64,000 nucleotides of DNA from Mytilus trossulus (GCF_036588685.1 NC_086381.1:27590001-27654000), one strand, 5' to 3'. Shown: positions 12,248-25,088, counted from the stretch's first letter. The notes: generated by a model not told the origin, from the sequence alone. Numbers and translations are program-made.

Positions 12248-15200
12248 ATGTGTGCCCTGAAGGTATTAACTGTTAATTGCCAAGGTTTAGGAGATAGTGT
12301 TAAAAGAAGAGATGTCTTTAACTATTTAAGAACAAAGAATTATAATATTTACTGTTTACAAGATACCGGTACTCATTTCTTATGTGAAAATGAAAATAAT
12401 ATAAGAGCTATGTGGGGATATGATAGTTATTTTTCATCTTATAGCTCAAATTCAAGAGGTGTAGCAGTTATGTTTAATAACAACTTTGAGTTTAAGGTCC
12501 TAAAAGAAAAAAAAGATGTTGGTGGTAATTATTTAGTATTAGACTTAGTTGTTGATACTTTACATTTTACATTTGTAACTATTTATGGACCAAATATAGA
12601 TACTCCATTTTTTTATGATAGAATTATGTCAATTATAGATGATTTTGGTAATGATAGCTATATGATTTGTGGTGATTTTAATCTGGTTCTCAACCCTGAT
12701 ATGGACTATTCTAACTATTTACATGTAAATAACCCAAATGCTTGGGAGAAAGTTTTAGAAATCATTCAGGAAAGGTGTCTCATTGACCCTTTTCGTGAAC
12801 TTTACCCAGATTTGAAGCGTTTCACATGGAGAAAAAGAACCCCCTTTAAACAAGCCAGGCTTGATTTTTTTCTTTTATCTGAAGATTTACTATGCTGTTT
12901 GAAAAACTGTAATATTGAGCCCAGCTATCGCTCTGATCATTCTATGGTTGTATTAAATCTAGAATTTAATCCTTTTGAGCGAGGTAGAGGATTGTGGAAA
13001 TTTAATAATTCATTATTGTATGATTCAGAATATATAAAGATTGTTAAAGAAAAAATAGTTGAAGTTAAAAAACAATATGTAACACCTGTTTATGATATAG
13101 ATAGAATTGAAGACATGAATAATGAAGATCTCCATTTTAATATTAACAGTCACTTATTTCTTGAGACAATGTTGATGGAAATTAGAGGTAAAACTATATC
13201 TTATTCAAGTTATAAGAAAAAGGTAAAAGAAAAACAAGAGAAAGATCTTAGAAATGAAATTCTTATTTTGGAAGAAAAGGTAGATGAAGGTTCAATACAG
13301 ATTTTGGAAAATAAAAAATGTGAATTAGAAAATATAAGAAAAGAAAAAATTAAAGGGAAGATAATTCGATCAAGAATGCAATGGGTAGAAGAGGGTGAAA
13401 AACCCACTAGCTATTTTTGTGGGCTAGAATCAAAAAATTTTACAAATAAGATAATACCAAAAGTAGAAAAAGAAAATGGAGATGTAATTTCAAAACAAAA
13501 AGATATTTTAAAAGAAGTGAAATCTTTTTATGAAAATTTATACAAGAATAAAGATAAGTCAAAGGGAGATAAATTCAGTAAACTTAAAGAAGGATTAAAA
13601 GATATAAAATTTAAAAAACTAACTGATGATGAGAAAAAAAATCTTGAAGGAGAAATAACAATTGAAGAAGCTGGTTTGATATTGAAAAATATGAAAAATA
13701 ATAAAACACCAGGATCTGATGGTTTCTCCACAGAGTTCTTTAAATTTTTTTGGAAAGATTTGAAAATTTTTGTTGTCGACTCCTTGAACTACAGTACTGA
13801 GATTGGTGAACTATCTGTTACGCAAAAACAAGGAATCATTACATGCCTGCCGAAAGGAAATAAGCCTAGACATTTCTTAAAAAATTGGCGACCTATATCT
13901 TTATTAAATACAGTTTATAAAATTGGCTCTGGAGTTATAGCAAAACGCTTTAAAACAGTTTTAGATAAACTGATAGATTTCGACCAAACTGGATTTATTA
14001 GTGGTAGATATATTGGAGAAAATCTTCGTTTAATTTATGATATCATGCAATTTACAGAGGAAAAAGATATACCAGGACTTTTGCTGCTCATTGATTTCGA
14101 AAAGGCATTTGATTCGATTTCTTGGGAATTTTTAACTAGTGTCTTGAAGTTGTTCAATTTTGGAGAATCAATAATTAATTGGGTTAAAGATTTTATAACA
14201 ATATCAAATCAGCTGTTAACCAGGGAGGACATCTATCAGAATTTTTTTCTATAGAACGAGGCTGTAGACAAGGTGATCCCTTGTCGCCTTATATTTTTAT
14301 TCTCTGTGCTGAGATATTAGCACTAAAAATAAGAAATAATGATAAAATAAATGGTATTACAATTACGCAAGTTGAGCACAAACTTTCACAATTTGCTGAT
14401 GACACATCTCTTATTTTAGATGGTAAAGAAGAATCTTTGAATGAAGCATTAAATGAATTAGATTGGTTTGGAAATATATCAGGTTTAAACATTAATTTTT
14501 CTAAAACACAAGTTATTTGGATAGGAAATATAAAGTATAGTAATGAGGTATTATGCCAAAATAGAAACCTTACATGGGGAGAAACATGTTTTAAGGTATT
14601 AGGTATAAGCTTTGATGTTAATCTTGATAGAATTGTAAAAATTAATTATGATGAAAAAATTGTACAAATTAAATGTGTAATAAGACAATGGTCAAAACGA
14701 AATCTTACTGTTATTGGTAGAATTACTGTAGTAAAGACATTGATATTGCCTATTTTAAATCATTTGTTTATATCCTTACCAAATCCAAGTGATGATAATT
14801 TAAAAAATGTTATTCAACTTATGTATAATTTTATATGGAGTTCACCAATTGATAGAATTAAGAGATGTTTTACAAAATGATATTGAAGGTGGTGGACTCA
14901 AAATGATAAATCTTAGTGCATTTATTTTAGCACTGAAGTGTACATGGATAAGGAGATTATTTAAATCAGACAACAAATGTCAAATGTTTATGTAGAACTT
15001 GAAAAATTTTATGGTTGTGGAAGTGTTTATATCCAAAAATTAGAACAACATATCAAAAATAAATTTTGGCAAGATGTTCTGAAAGCATGGCAACTTCTTA
15101 GAGAAAAAGAAGAATATGACAGTTGGGAATGCTTTCTTGCTAGTCCAATCTGGCTTAACAATAATATAAAGGTAGCAAATAAACCTATTTTTTATAAAGA

Positions 15201-16030
15201 TTGGTTTGAAAATGGTATAAGATTTATAAATGATATTGTAAATGAAGATGGGACCTTTTTCTCTCATCAAAAAATAGAAGAAATGTATCAGATAAATGTG
15301 AATTTCATGAGATATAATAGTATTATATCTGCTATACATCAAGCATCAAAATCATTTGTGGGAAAAAATCACAAATTAGAACTACCTTTAATTCCATCTG
15401 CTATTAAAAGGCTAGTTAAAAGTTCAAAAGGATCTAAAGATATGTATATTGTTTTAAATAAAAATGGAAGTGTTCCCACTAGTCAGTTAAAATGGACTGA
15501 AATTTTTGGCTTTGATCAAAATCATTGGAAAAAAATTTATAAACTGCCATTTGTTGTCACAAATAATACTAAGTTACAGTGGCTACAGTATAGATTCAAT
15601 CATCGAATCTTAGCTACAAACAAATTTCTTTATAAAATTAAGATTTATGATAATCCAAATTGTACTTTTTGTAATAGAGAAATTGAAACATTAGAACATT
15701 TATTTTGGGAATGTGAACATACACAATTATTATTAGAACAGATTGAAAATTGGTTTCTGACCAATGGAATTAGTGTACTTTTTACACAAGAAGTTTTTTT
15801 GGTTTGGTAACTCTGCAAAAATATCAAAAGGCAATGCAGAAAATACTATTTTTCTTACCATAAAGCAATATATTTATAATTCTAGATGTTTTAAAAAAAA
15901 TCTTACATTAAACTCAGTAAAAGAAAAGATTAAATATGTGTATGCAATGGAAAAAAATATTGCTATGAAAAACAAATGTGAACATCATTTTCTCAGAGAA
16001 TGGAATGTTTTTGATATATTACTTAGTTAA
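12248..16030 (+). pseudogene. L1/Tx1 ORF2 (APE endonuclease, reverse transcriptase, CCHC) broken by ~4 frameshifts
   Basis: TVNCQGL, CLQDT, GDFN, SDH (endonuclease); KTPGSDG, WRPISLLN, DFEKAFD, RQGDPLSP, QFADD (RT); CTFC...EHLFWEC. Frame changes near 14190, 14868, 14985 and 15795. Confidence 0.92.
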
Positions 16031-16167
16031 ATACAAAAATGTATATACTTTACATTCAATATTATACATGTTATAAATGAAAATGCTGTATTTACTATAC
16101 TAAAATAGAATTCAATTTCTAGATGAATTATATTGAAAACTCATCACACTATTCTCTCTCACTCTCT

Positions 16168-16198
<31 letters not shown>

Positions 16199-17378
16199 CC
16201 TCTCTCTCTCCGGTGTTCAAACTGCTTTACTCTATATCTTATATTTGTATTTAAAAAAAAAAAAAAAAAAAAAAATTACTTCCTAATAGACAGTTGTATT
16301 GATTAGATAATATCTATAGATTTATATATTATATATTGCTATTATATTTGTGTATATTATGTTGTAAATTGGAAGTTATAAATAATAAAAATAAAAAAAA
16401 AAAAAAGATTTATCTCATTTTCATTAGCACGTACTCAATCTTAGAAGAGCTAATCCTATTCTGTTGAACATTTTATCTATATTTGATTTGGTTACATGTA
16501 TCATAACCTTCAAGAAAGAGAAATTTTAATGCTCTCAAGAAATAAACTAAAATGGAGACAAACAATTTAACACAAGACAGGAAAGAAAATGTTATTACGT
16601 TTTTGACCTCTCATGCTATCACTAGCACATTTAATTTACTTGGTCAATATGTAGAAACCTTATCTTTAATAAACTTACCAAAATCAAATAATTGAAAGAA
16701 TCCATGAAAAGCTATCAATATTTGTTATACAATGGTCACTTGTTGAAAGTGAAAAATTTATACAAAATATGACTGGGTGAAAAAGGTCTTTAAGCATGTG
16801 TGTAAAATATGACTGTTTGAAATGTGGTCAAATAATCAAAATGTCAACTTAACTTACATGTATTTTATTCTAAGTCAAAATATCATCACATTTTTTCTCA
16901 AATTGACAAATGAGACCTTAAGATGCCTCATAAAATAGAAAATGAAATAGAGAAACAGCAAACCTTTGTGCAATTCTTTAATATAAATTCACAGTGGGTG
17001 AGTGTTTAAATTCCCGTCAGCCTCAACAAACAATTGTGTATTGAAATAATTCAAATTTTCACTCCTAGTACAGTAACAATAAAGCCTTTCTATAACATGT
17101 ATAAAGCATGTCAACAAACAATCATTATTTAACATCAAATTAAATCAACAACAACGTCTTTGTTTTGGGATTTAAAATGTAATCATGAAATTTTAACACA
17201 CTGAATTGTGACTTAAAATCCAACATTATTAAAAACTTACAAAAATTTCTATTTAATTTTTATGCAATATACTGTTCAAAGAAATTCTCCATCAAAATAC
17301 TGAATATGTCTTGGTCATTATTTTTTTTTTATTTTCAGATTATTGTTTACAGGTATACCATGAGCTAATATATAAATA

Positions 17379-17843
17379 AACAAGAATGTGTCCAAAGTAC
17401 ACGGATTCCCCACTCGCACTATCATTTTCCATGTTCAATGGACCGTGAAATTGAATAAAAAATATAATAAGGCATTAAAATTAGAAAGATAATATCATAG
17501 GGAACATGTGTACTAAGTTTCAAGTTGATTGGACTTCAACTTCATCAAAAACTACCTTGACCAAAAACTTTAACCTGAAACATGCACTTACATTTTCTAT
17601 GTTCAGTAGACTGTGAAATTGGGGTCTAAAGTTTAATTTGGCTTTAAAATTAGAAAGATCATATCATAAGGAACATGTGTACTAAGTTTCAAGTTGATTG
17701 GACTTCAACTTCATCAAAAACTACCTTTGACCAAAAACTTTAACCTGAAGCGGGACAGACAGACCAACTAAAAGACGGATGAACGAACGGACGCATAGAC
17801 CAGAAAACATAATGCCCCTCTACTGTCGTAGGTGGGGCATAAA
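17379..17843 (+). mobile_element. HINE with two 168-bp internal units
   Basis: Same termini as 10090-10388. The core repeats with period 168 (GCACT at 17416 and 17584), followed by a GACA/GACG microsatellite and a terminal hairpin. Confidence 0.8.
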
Positions 17844-18129
17844 AATGTTCTCCAAGAAAATATCATCATCCCTTTAATTCTAAAATTTCAGTAAAAATGA
17901 CATACCTACACTACATTATGAAGAAAGGTTCAAATTTCTTGTATATAGACACTTTAATTTAGCCCTATCATGACAGGTTGATAAGTGTACATTTTATCAA
18001 GCATTATTTTGTACAACAAACTATTTTCATTTAGTTTTATAATCTTTTCTGTTTAAATTCTTTAGTGTTATAATCTTGACTAGTCAGATTAATCCTTTTA
18101 TATGAATACTGTTACAGTAGTTTAATAAA

Positions 18130-18459
18130 CAGGGTTATCAGTAATGGAATTTTGAAGGCTGAGTCCAGTGACTCGTCATTTTTGGCCATAGTGAGTCCAA
18201 CAGCAAAAAGAATATATTTTATTGCAAATTCAATTTGCAATATAATGTAATATTTTAGTTTCCATGGCCTAACAGACCAATGAAATGACATTAAATTTAG
18301 ACTACTTTTTAAACTTTTGCTATAAAATGATGATATTTGTGTTTAACTGTGTGTATTTCTATATTGATTCATCTGTGGACTCACCAGTTTTAAAAATAGT
18401 GAGTCCAGACAGATTTTGATGAGTCCAGGACTCATAGACTCGCCTTAGCGAGAACCCTG
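18130..18459. mobile_element. MITE with CAG...CTG termini and 5-bp TSD
   Basis: Ends CAGGGTTATC ... GAGAACCCTG, flanked by ATAAA on both sides; internal GAGTCCA repeats. Confidence 0.65.
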
Positions 18460-20122
18460 ATAAAATGTCTTTCATGTCACGTCTAATAGTGAACTGATAA
18501 TAGACATTGTATTGAACATGCTGAAAGTACTTATTTGTTTAAGAAACTTTTTTTTTTTTCATCTTCTTCATTTTATGCACTTTATGTCTCTCTGTCAACT
18601 GTGTCCTCTCATTTTGCAAGTGATTTTCCTTAAATGAAGAAATGAACTGGGAAATAGAATCAGAGGTAGCACACAATCTCATTATGAGGCAGAAATACAA
18701 CATTGATAAAAGGAGATGGTAGAGAGGGTAGAGAGGGTAGGAGACTGTCACAGCACTCTTTCAGAACTTACAAACAATATTTATACAAATAGTAAATACA
18801 CTTTTTTAATATTTACATTCTAATAAAAAAATCTATATACAGAGAATCACTAAGCATGACTGGTGCAGGCCCCCACTTATGAAAATTTCTGGTTTTCCCC
18901 TGTTAAACACTGTCCAATACTCAACCGTGTGTCAAAAGGCGGACACTTCATTTAAATAACTGATGAACTCCCTGAATATAAAAATATATGTACATGTACT
19001 ACTATAAAATTGAAAAAAAAAGAATTCTAATGTCATCATCTGATGCACATATTGAATCTATACAAGGGAAACTTAAAAAAATATTATGTGGTTCTTTTAA
19101 AAGAGTTGGTCAGCACTGCTATTCAAAATAAATCAAGATATTACTGATATATTCATTTCATAAAAAAAACTGACTGTTCATTTACTCGTTCTTACAATAC
19201 CATTATCAATTTACATTTAAACCATTATGTTCTGAATGCATGGTACTTCTATATTTCCTGCTTCGAGTTAAACAGGACAATAAAACCATTTACATTATAA
19301 ATATGTAATTTAAACAAGGAATTATTTGAATCTGGAATAATTTTGAATTCTAGTAAATTGATAAGAAATTTATGCTGAAAACTAACCCAACTAAATAGGG
19401 TTAGCCATGCGCACATGACTAAGGGGGGTTAGTAAGTTCATACTGAAATGATGGTGAAAGTAAAATATCTAAAAGGATATAAGATTTACAATTCTGCAGA
19501 TAAAGGTACTTGTGATTATACATTTTTATTTTTTATTTGTCAATTTGCAGTCTCTATGACACAACAATCTGAAATTCCAGGTTCATTCTGTCTTCTTTTA
19601 TATAAATTTACTATACATGTACATCTTATTGCTATTTGTTGGACATTACTGGATATCACACATGTTTCCGTAAAATAAAATTTTGATGTCATTATACAAA
19701 ATATTTGACACCACAATAGAAAAAATGATTGTTGTACAAATGTATAATGTCAATAGTTCAAGCGGGACAGATTATCAGTTCAGCCGGGAATAGCGAAAAG
19801 GTGTATTTAAAGTTAATTAGGACTCCTGCCACCATTGTTCACAAGCACATGTTTCTGTCAATTTTTTGGGCGACAAGTCGAAAAAAAAAAATTCTTTCAA
19901 TTTTAGCATTACATATAGTGGCAGCTGAGGGTGAAACAAACAAATTTTTTTTCTCAGGATCAGAAACAAATTATTTTTTTCTCCCAAAACTGGAAACAGC
20001 CATGCATTTCCCTTTGTTTTGATTTATGACCCGGCTTTGTTTTAGTCTGTAGCGATGTTGCTTCCCCTTAGTACAGGTAGAACATATATAGCCAGTCTTA
20101 ATCAACTGAGCTATAGGGAATA

Positions 20123-20194
20123 GATTCTTTGGCTCAGTGGGTTAAAGCACTGACTGTCACCCAAACGACTGGGGTTCGAATCCCAGTGGTGACG
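20123..20194 (+). other. tRNA-derived pseudogene or SINE head (Asp-like GTC anticodon loop)
   Basis: A box TGGCTCAGTGG, B box GGTTCGAATCC, T-stem CTGGG/CCCAG and loop CT-GTC-AC. The acceptor and anticodon stems pair poorly, so this is not called a functional tRNA. Confidence 0.55.
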
Positions 20195-20409
20195 ATATGA
20201 ATTTGTAGAGTAGATACATGCTCTCCGGTCACAAGTCTATCGATTTATGAGTTTTGAACATTGATATACTACTGTTGCCTTTTAATTACTATCCACAACT
20301 GTTAACTGGTGTGGATAGTAAATCCCATATTGACAGAAACAAATGAGTCCTTTACAAGCTTTTTCAAAGACTTCCTATAATTTGATATAAATGTTTCAAC
20401 ACTGACACT

Positions 20410-20509
20410 TAGTCCCAATAATTATGACGTCTTGAAAGGCTATAATAAATTTTTCTTTGTCGCAAAAAAATTATAATAGCCTTTCAAGACGTCATAATTA
20501 TTTGGACTA
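20410..20509. mobile_element. 100-bp palindromic MITE with 10-bp TSD
   Basis: TAGTCCCAATAATTATGACGTCTTGAAAGGCTAT ... ATAGCCTTTCAAGACGTCATAATTATTTGGACTA, flanked by CACTGACACT at 20400-20409 and 20510-20519. Confidence 0.85.
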
Positions 20510-20944
20510 CACTGACACTCAGTTCAAACAAGCATTTGAAAGTACTATCCTTGGACTTTGTTCTATACCACAATAACAATGTGCATTTTTCATTAAAATC
20601 GATTACTAAGTAAAAAGATTTGAAAAACAGGATGAATAAATTACCATGTATCAATTCGAAGTGTAAATTTGATTTCTTCTAACTTACTTTTTATGTAAAA
20701 TCGTTTTTCTGCATGTGTGTTATTCCCATATAATAACATTTCAAATTTTCTTACAAAACGAAACGACTGATTATGTCCATTTGTTGTGAATTTTTCCCAA
20801 TTTTCTCTCCCTAAAACTAGTGACTTGATAAAGACATTTTCTTATTCTCTATTCTAATTAAGATGATAGCTCAAATATTTGATAAATTAGTATCAAAATG
20901 AGTTTATCATACATTTCGTTTTGTTCAAGAATTAAAATTTTACA

Positions 20945-21005
20945 TTCACTATCCGGAAGTTTACATGTTGCCAAGTGGCCCATGGGCCTGTAAGAAGATC
21001 TGGGT
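20945..21005. promoter_or_regulatory. Putative bidirectional promoter (kinesin / AMZ2-like)
   Basis: Local GC island with ETS site CCGGAAGT (20953-20960), X-box-like half site GTTGCCAAG and palindrome GGCCCATGGGCC. Outward-facing candidate GT donors on both strands. It lies between two divergent genes whose ATG exons both start with an acceptor. Confidence 0.45.
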
Positions 21006-21219
21006 AAAATTTAAAGCTTCTAATGATTATAATTGATTAAAATCGTTAATACACTAAACAGGTGACTTGCCTAGCTTTTCTCACACATAATTTTGATTCA
21101 GTAGAAACATACAGTTTTAATTCCTAGATGATTTTTGATTATAATTTCTGCAAAACAGGAAATACGGTAGTGTCACCTATATTCGTGGATATAAGACTAT
21201 TCTGCACACGGAATGCGGT

Positions 21220-21558
21220 AAAACATAAATTTAGGCAAATATCCACAAATAAAGATTTCTATAAATTTTCATTTTATCCTCGCACTATTTCGGACTGGAA
21301 CTCACTACCTGAAGCAATAGGTATGTCTGACACCCTGGAATCCTTCAAAAGTGGCATATCCACTCTAACACTTGAAGGATCCACAGCAACTTATTAAACT
21401 TTAAAGCCACTGTACATAATGTATATATGTTATTGATAACGATTTTTCTTTGTCATATTGTTTTTAAATTAAGTCCATATGTACATAGCACACAAGTTCC
21501 GGGAAGTTTTACACTCCTACCTAGGAGTCTACTCCCGTATTCGGAAGAAGAAGAAGAA
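21220..21558 (+). mobile_element. Short 3' fragment of a CR1/L2-group LINE
   Basis: YKFSFYPRTISDWNSLP...LESFK is a characteristic ORF2 C-terminus, followed by a 3' UTR and a (GAA)n tail at 21544-21558. Confidence 0.75.
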
Positions 21559-22272
21559 AACTAAAAAACAACAATTTGTTTTTTATGTCGATAATGTTAC
21601 CTTAGAACTTCATTAAAATAATACCAGTTAGTTTGATTCTTTCTGTTAGCTAGTTTTTTTTATATATGACCTACATTTCTAGTGTACACAAATCGGCATA
21701 TGATGCCAAGTACGTCACCTATTTTCTTGGATACATAAGTTCATTTTACACAAGTAGTACTGATACACCATCCCACTATTAGTCCTTTATTAAGCCCCAG
21801 TCACACTAGACCGTTGACACAGGATGAGTCATAGACATGCTAAATTGCTTAACTTTTATTTTATTTTTGGCTAGTTAAATATGTATTATTGATCCAACTT
21901 ACATGTATTTTGTTCTATGATTGTGTACTATATACATACACTCATGGGACAACTAAATTCAAATAATATTAACAAGTAATGAACCACAAGTAATTAACTA
22001 TGAGCGATTTTTATAAAATAGATACCAATACGAAATGTCAGCAGTTTTGTTATTCATTTGGCCATAATTTTCGTGAATTTCGTTTTCATTATCTGAAAGG
22101 TTGAACACAAATGCAAATTTTATGACTTTAATTATTTGGTTAAAAATACATAGCAAACTTTTCAAAAACAATTTTTCTTTGTGTTCATCTCGTCAAAAAA
22201 TTAAAATGAGCATGAATAATATAATGGTCAAATAAACAATAAAACTTAAGAATTTCTACATTTTCATACACA

Positions 22273-22514
22273 TGTACCTGCCAACTTTTCAAAATGCCCA
22301 TGGAGGTTTTAGGTTTTAGTCCTACAAAACCTTTAAGGGGGCCTTCAAATATATTTTAATGTTGTTTTTTGGCTTTTTCTACTTTTACAAGGCTATACCC
22401 ATTGTAAAATTTATTGTTTTGTTAAAATTATGGAAAAAATTGCACTTTCAAAATTTCAATTTGGGAGCCTCCATGGGGGAAATCCCCCGCAAATAGTGAC
22501 AGTTGGCAGTTATG
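22273..22514. mobile_element. MITE-like element with short TIRs
   Basis: TACCTGCCAACT ... AGTTGGCAGTTA inverted termini. Confidence 0.5.
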
Positions 22515-23480
22515 CATCTTATACATGTTATAGCACTTATTTGATATAAATCAGTAATGAAGTTACTTATTAATATTTTTTTGAAAAATATTGAGATTTT
22601 AGGTGAACTGATAGGGCATTTTTTGACTGGGAACTCACTTTGGTCCGACATTTCCAATGACTGTGTATATGGATATACATTCATTTTGTGGCTTTTTATT
22701 TGTAATGTGTTAGAATTTTTTATTATTATGGATTATTTAACTACATATAATCTTTAGGATCTCAAATTGTTCTCATTAATCTTTTTTATCTCGTTGTTTG
22801 TATTATGAAAAAAGTAAAAACACAAAAATACCGAACTCCGAGGAAAATTCAAAAAGGAAAATCAAAAATCAAAAGGCAAAATCAAAAGTCCAAACACATC
22901 AAACGAATGGATAACAACTGTCATATTCCTGACTTGGTACAGGCATTTTCTAATGTAGAAAATGGTGGATTGAACCTGGTTTTATAGCTAGCTAAACCTC
23001 TCACTTGTATGACAGTCGCATGAAATTCCATTACATTGTCAACGATGTATGAACAAAACAAACATACTCAAAAGAGTAAAAATGTCAAAAATAGGGGTAC
23101 AGCAGTCAATATTGTGTTATCATCTTAATATCACAATAAAAACAACAAATGTAACGAAGAATCACAAAAAGGCATACATCAAATTTAACATACTCATTTT
23201 GCTTTTCTTGTACCAATTAATTTATGTATATAAAAAGTCTACCCGTAAAGGAAAGAAGGTTTTCATTGCTGTCATTTCAAAATTGTTGATGTTGTAACGT
23301 TATTGCCCTTTATCAAAACCCCTTTTTGTCATCTAAGAAATTAATCAGGTTTACAGTCCATGCACTTTGGATCACTTAAATGGACTTAATCATATACATG
23401 TAGAACTGATAATTTTTAAAAAGATCATAAAATAATTTTATTAAAATTAAATTTCAGAATTGTCAGACAGATGAAATGCA

Positions 23481-24245
23481 ATGGGTAGTTGGTTTTCAAC
23501 ACAGAGTTCAGAATCAATTTTCCTAATTGGCAAATTAAATGGGAAACCACTTGATGAAAGACATTTCTTTAACCTCAGTCAAGTATACTTAGATCAAGTG
23601 GATGGAAGTGGAGATATCTCTGTTATTAAAACAGACAAAAATGGTAAAAATATTGACAGTGATTCACAAATATTCAAACCATTACCAAAAAAGAAGAAAT
23701 TATTTTGTCATCAAACATATGTTCAGTGGAGATCCAGTTTGGATTTAGAATTTTTAAAACATTTATTTATATCACCAAAAAGAGTAATATATTTAGTGCA
23801 GATAAATGACTTCCCAGATTTCGTCAAGAATTTCAGAATAAATTTGCAGTCAAACTCATACACATTATTTCAATTCATTGAGGAATTTTTAAAGATTTAT
23901 TACATGGGAATGGATGTGCAATGGTTGGATAAAATCAACTTAGAAAACACAGACTGGAATATTAAAGAAAGGTGCAATAAAGTAACTGAACAGCTTCAGT
24001 ATTTAGTGACAGATTTCTTTGCTCCTCTACAAAATGTCAACCCCTCTGATGGCTATTGCATTATGGGTATGACATGGACCGATTTATATCCTGAAGAGAA
24101 GTATAACTTTGCTTTAGGAGAAGCTTCCTGTAAACATAAGTCAGGTGTATTTAGTTTTGGAAGATGTCCACCATCAACATTTGACCCTACAAATCCTAAA
24201 GATATAACTGAAATCACCTCTGAAATATTGTGGAAATTATTGAAG
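23481..24245 (+). CDS. AMZ2: Archaemetzincin-2-like zinc metalloprotease (peptidase M54), coding exon 1
   Basis: QTYVQW, IYLVQI, QLQY, CIMGMTWTDLYPEEKYNFALGEAS...GVFSFGR match the archaemetzincin N-terminal region. Acceptor at 23456-23457, donor AAG|GTAAG (phase 0). Confidence 0.88.
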
Positions 24246-24496
24246 GTAAGTTTTCATAATACAATGTACATGTACATATCAATACAGTTCTACACACAAA
24301 AATGGTGCATATATATCTCAGGAGATTAAATGCATCCAGTGGGACAAAAAAAAACTTGTCATTAAAATCAAAAATCAAATACATGTACACAAATGATCTT
24401 TTTATAAATTATCAGTTATACACGTATATATATATATATGTTTAAGTCCATTTAAGTGATTCAAAGTGCATGGACTGAAATTCTAAAACAACATAA

Positions 24497-24735
24497 AAAA
24501 GAAGATGTGTTATGATTGCCAATGAGACAACTCTCCACAAGAGAATATTGAAATGACACAGGAATAAACAACTATAAGTCTCTGTACAGCCTTCAACAAT
24601 AAGCAAAGCCCATACTGCATAGTCATCTTTAAAAAGCCCAGAAATGACATATGTTAACAATTCAAATGAGAAAACTAAGAGCCTTATTTATGCACAAAAA
24701 ATGATTAAAAAACAAAGCATCAAACAATAACCACT
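24497..24735 (+). repeat. Abundant interspersed repeat family (copy in the AMZ2 intron)
   Basis: AAGAAGATGTG.TATGATTGCCAATGAGACAACTCTCCACAAGAG...CCTTCAACAAT.AGCAAAGCCCATAC. Related copies at ~10930-11130 (-), ~25525-25740, ~26100-26400 and ~34318-34410. Confidence 0.7.
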
Positions 24736-25088
24736 GAACTACAGGCTCCTGACTTGGGACAGGCACATACATACTGAATGCAAGTCTCATAGTTTTGTTC
24801 AAAAAATTAATTCAGAACAAATTTTTGGGATAACAAAGGGAAATTAGGGAATAACATCATTATACACATTACACATGTGTCTCTTGTTGAAGTCTGCATG
24901 CTTAACAATACTTGATTCCCAAGTTATAATTTTTAAAGTTGGAAAATGATATGTTACAGATACACAGTTTCTGGGGGAAAAAACACTCAAGAAATGAAAT
25001 AGAAAATGCTTATGTTAGACATTTGATGGAAATACGTAATTCTTTAGAATTGGAGTATTCTTATAACTTCTAATGATGCTATTTTCAG

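Larger units (their letters stand above)
11165..16404 (+). mobile_element. 5'-truncated L1/Tx1-clade LINE
   Basis: Partial ORF1 plus full ORF2 (APE-RT-CCHC), a 3' UTR with (CT)n, a poly(A) tail, and a 13-bp TSD AAGATTTATCTCA at 11152-11164 and 16405-16417. Confidence 0.95.

Noticed and set aside
18539-18751. Signal-peptide-like 70-aa ORF
   Set aside because: Non-ATG start, low-complexity sequence and no supporting splice structure.
20123-20194. Functional tRNA-Asp gene
   Set aside because: The acceptor and anticodon stems do not pair properly; kept only as a tRNA-derived remnant.
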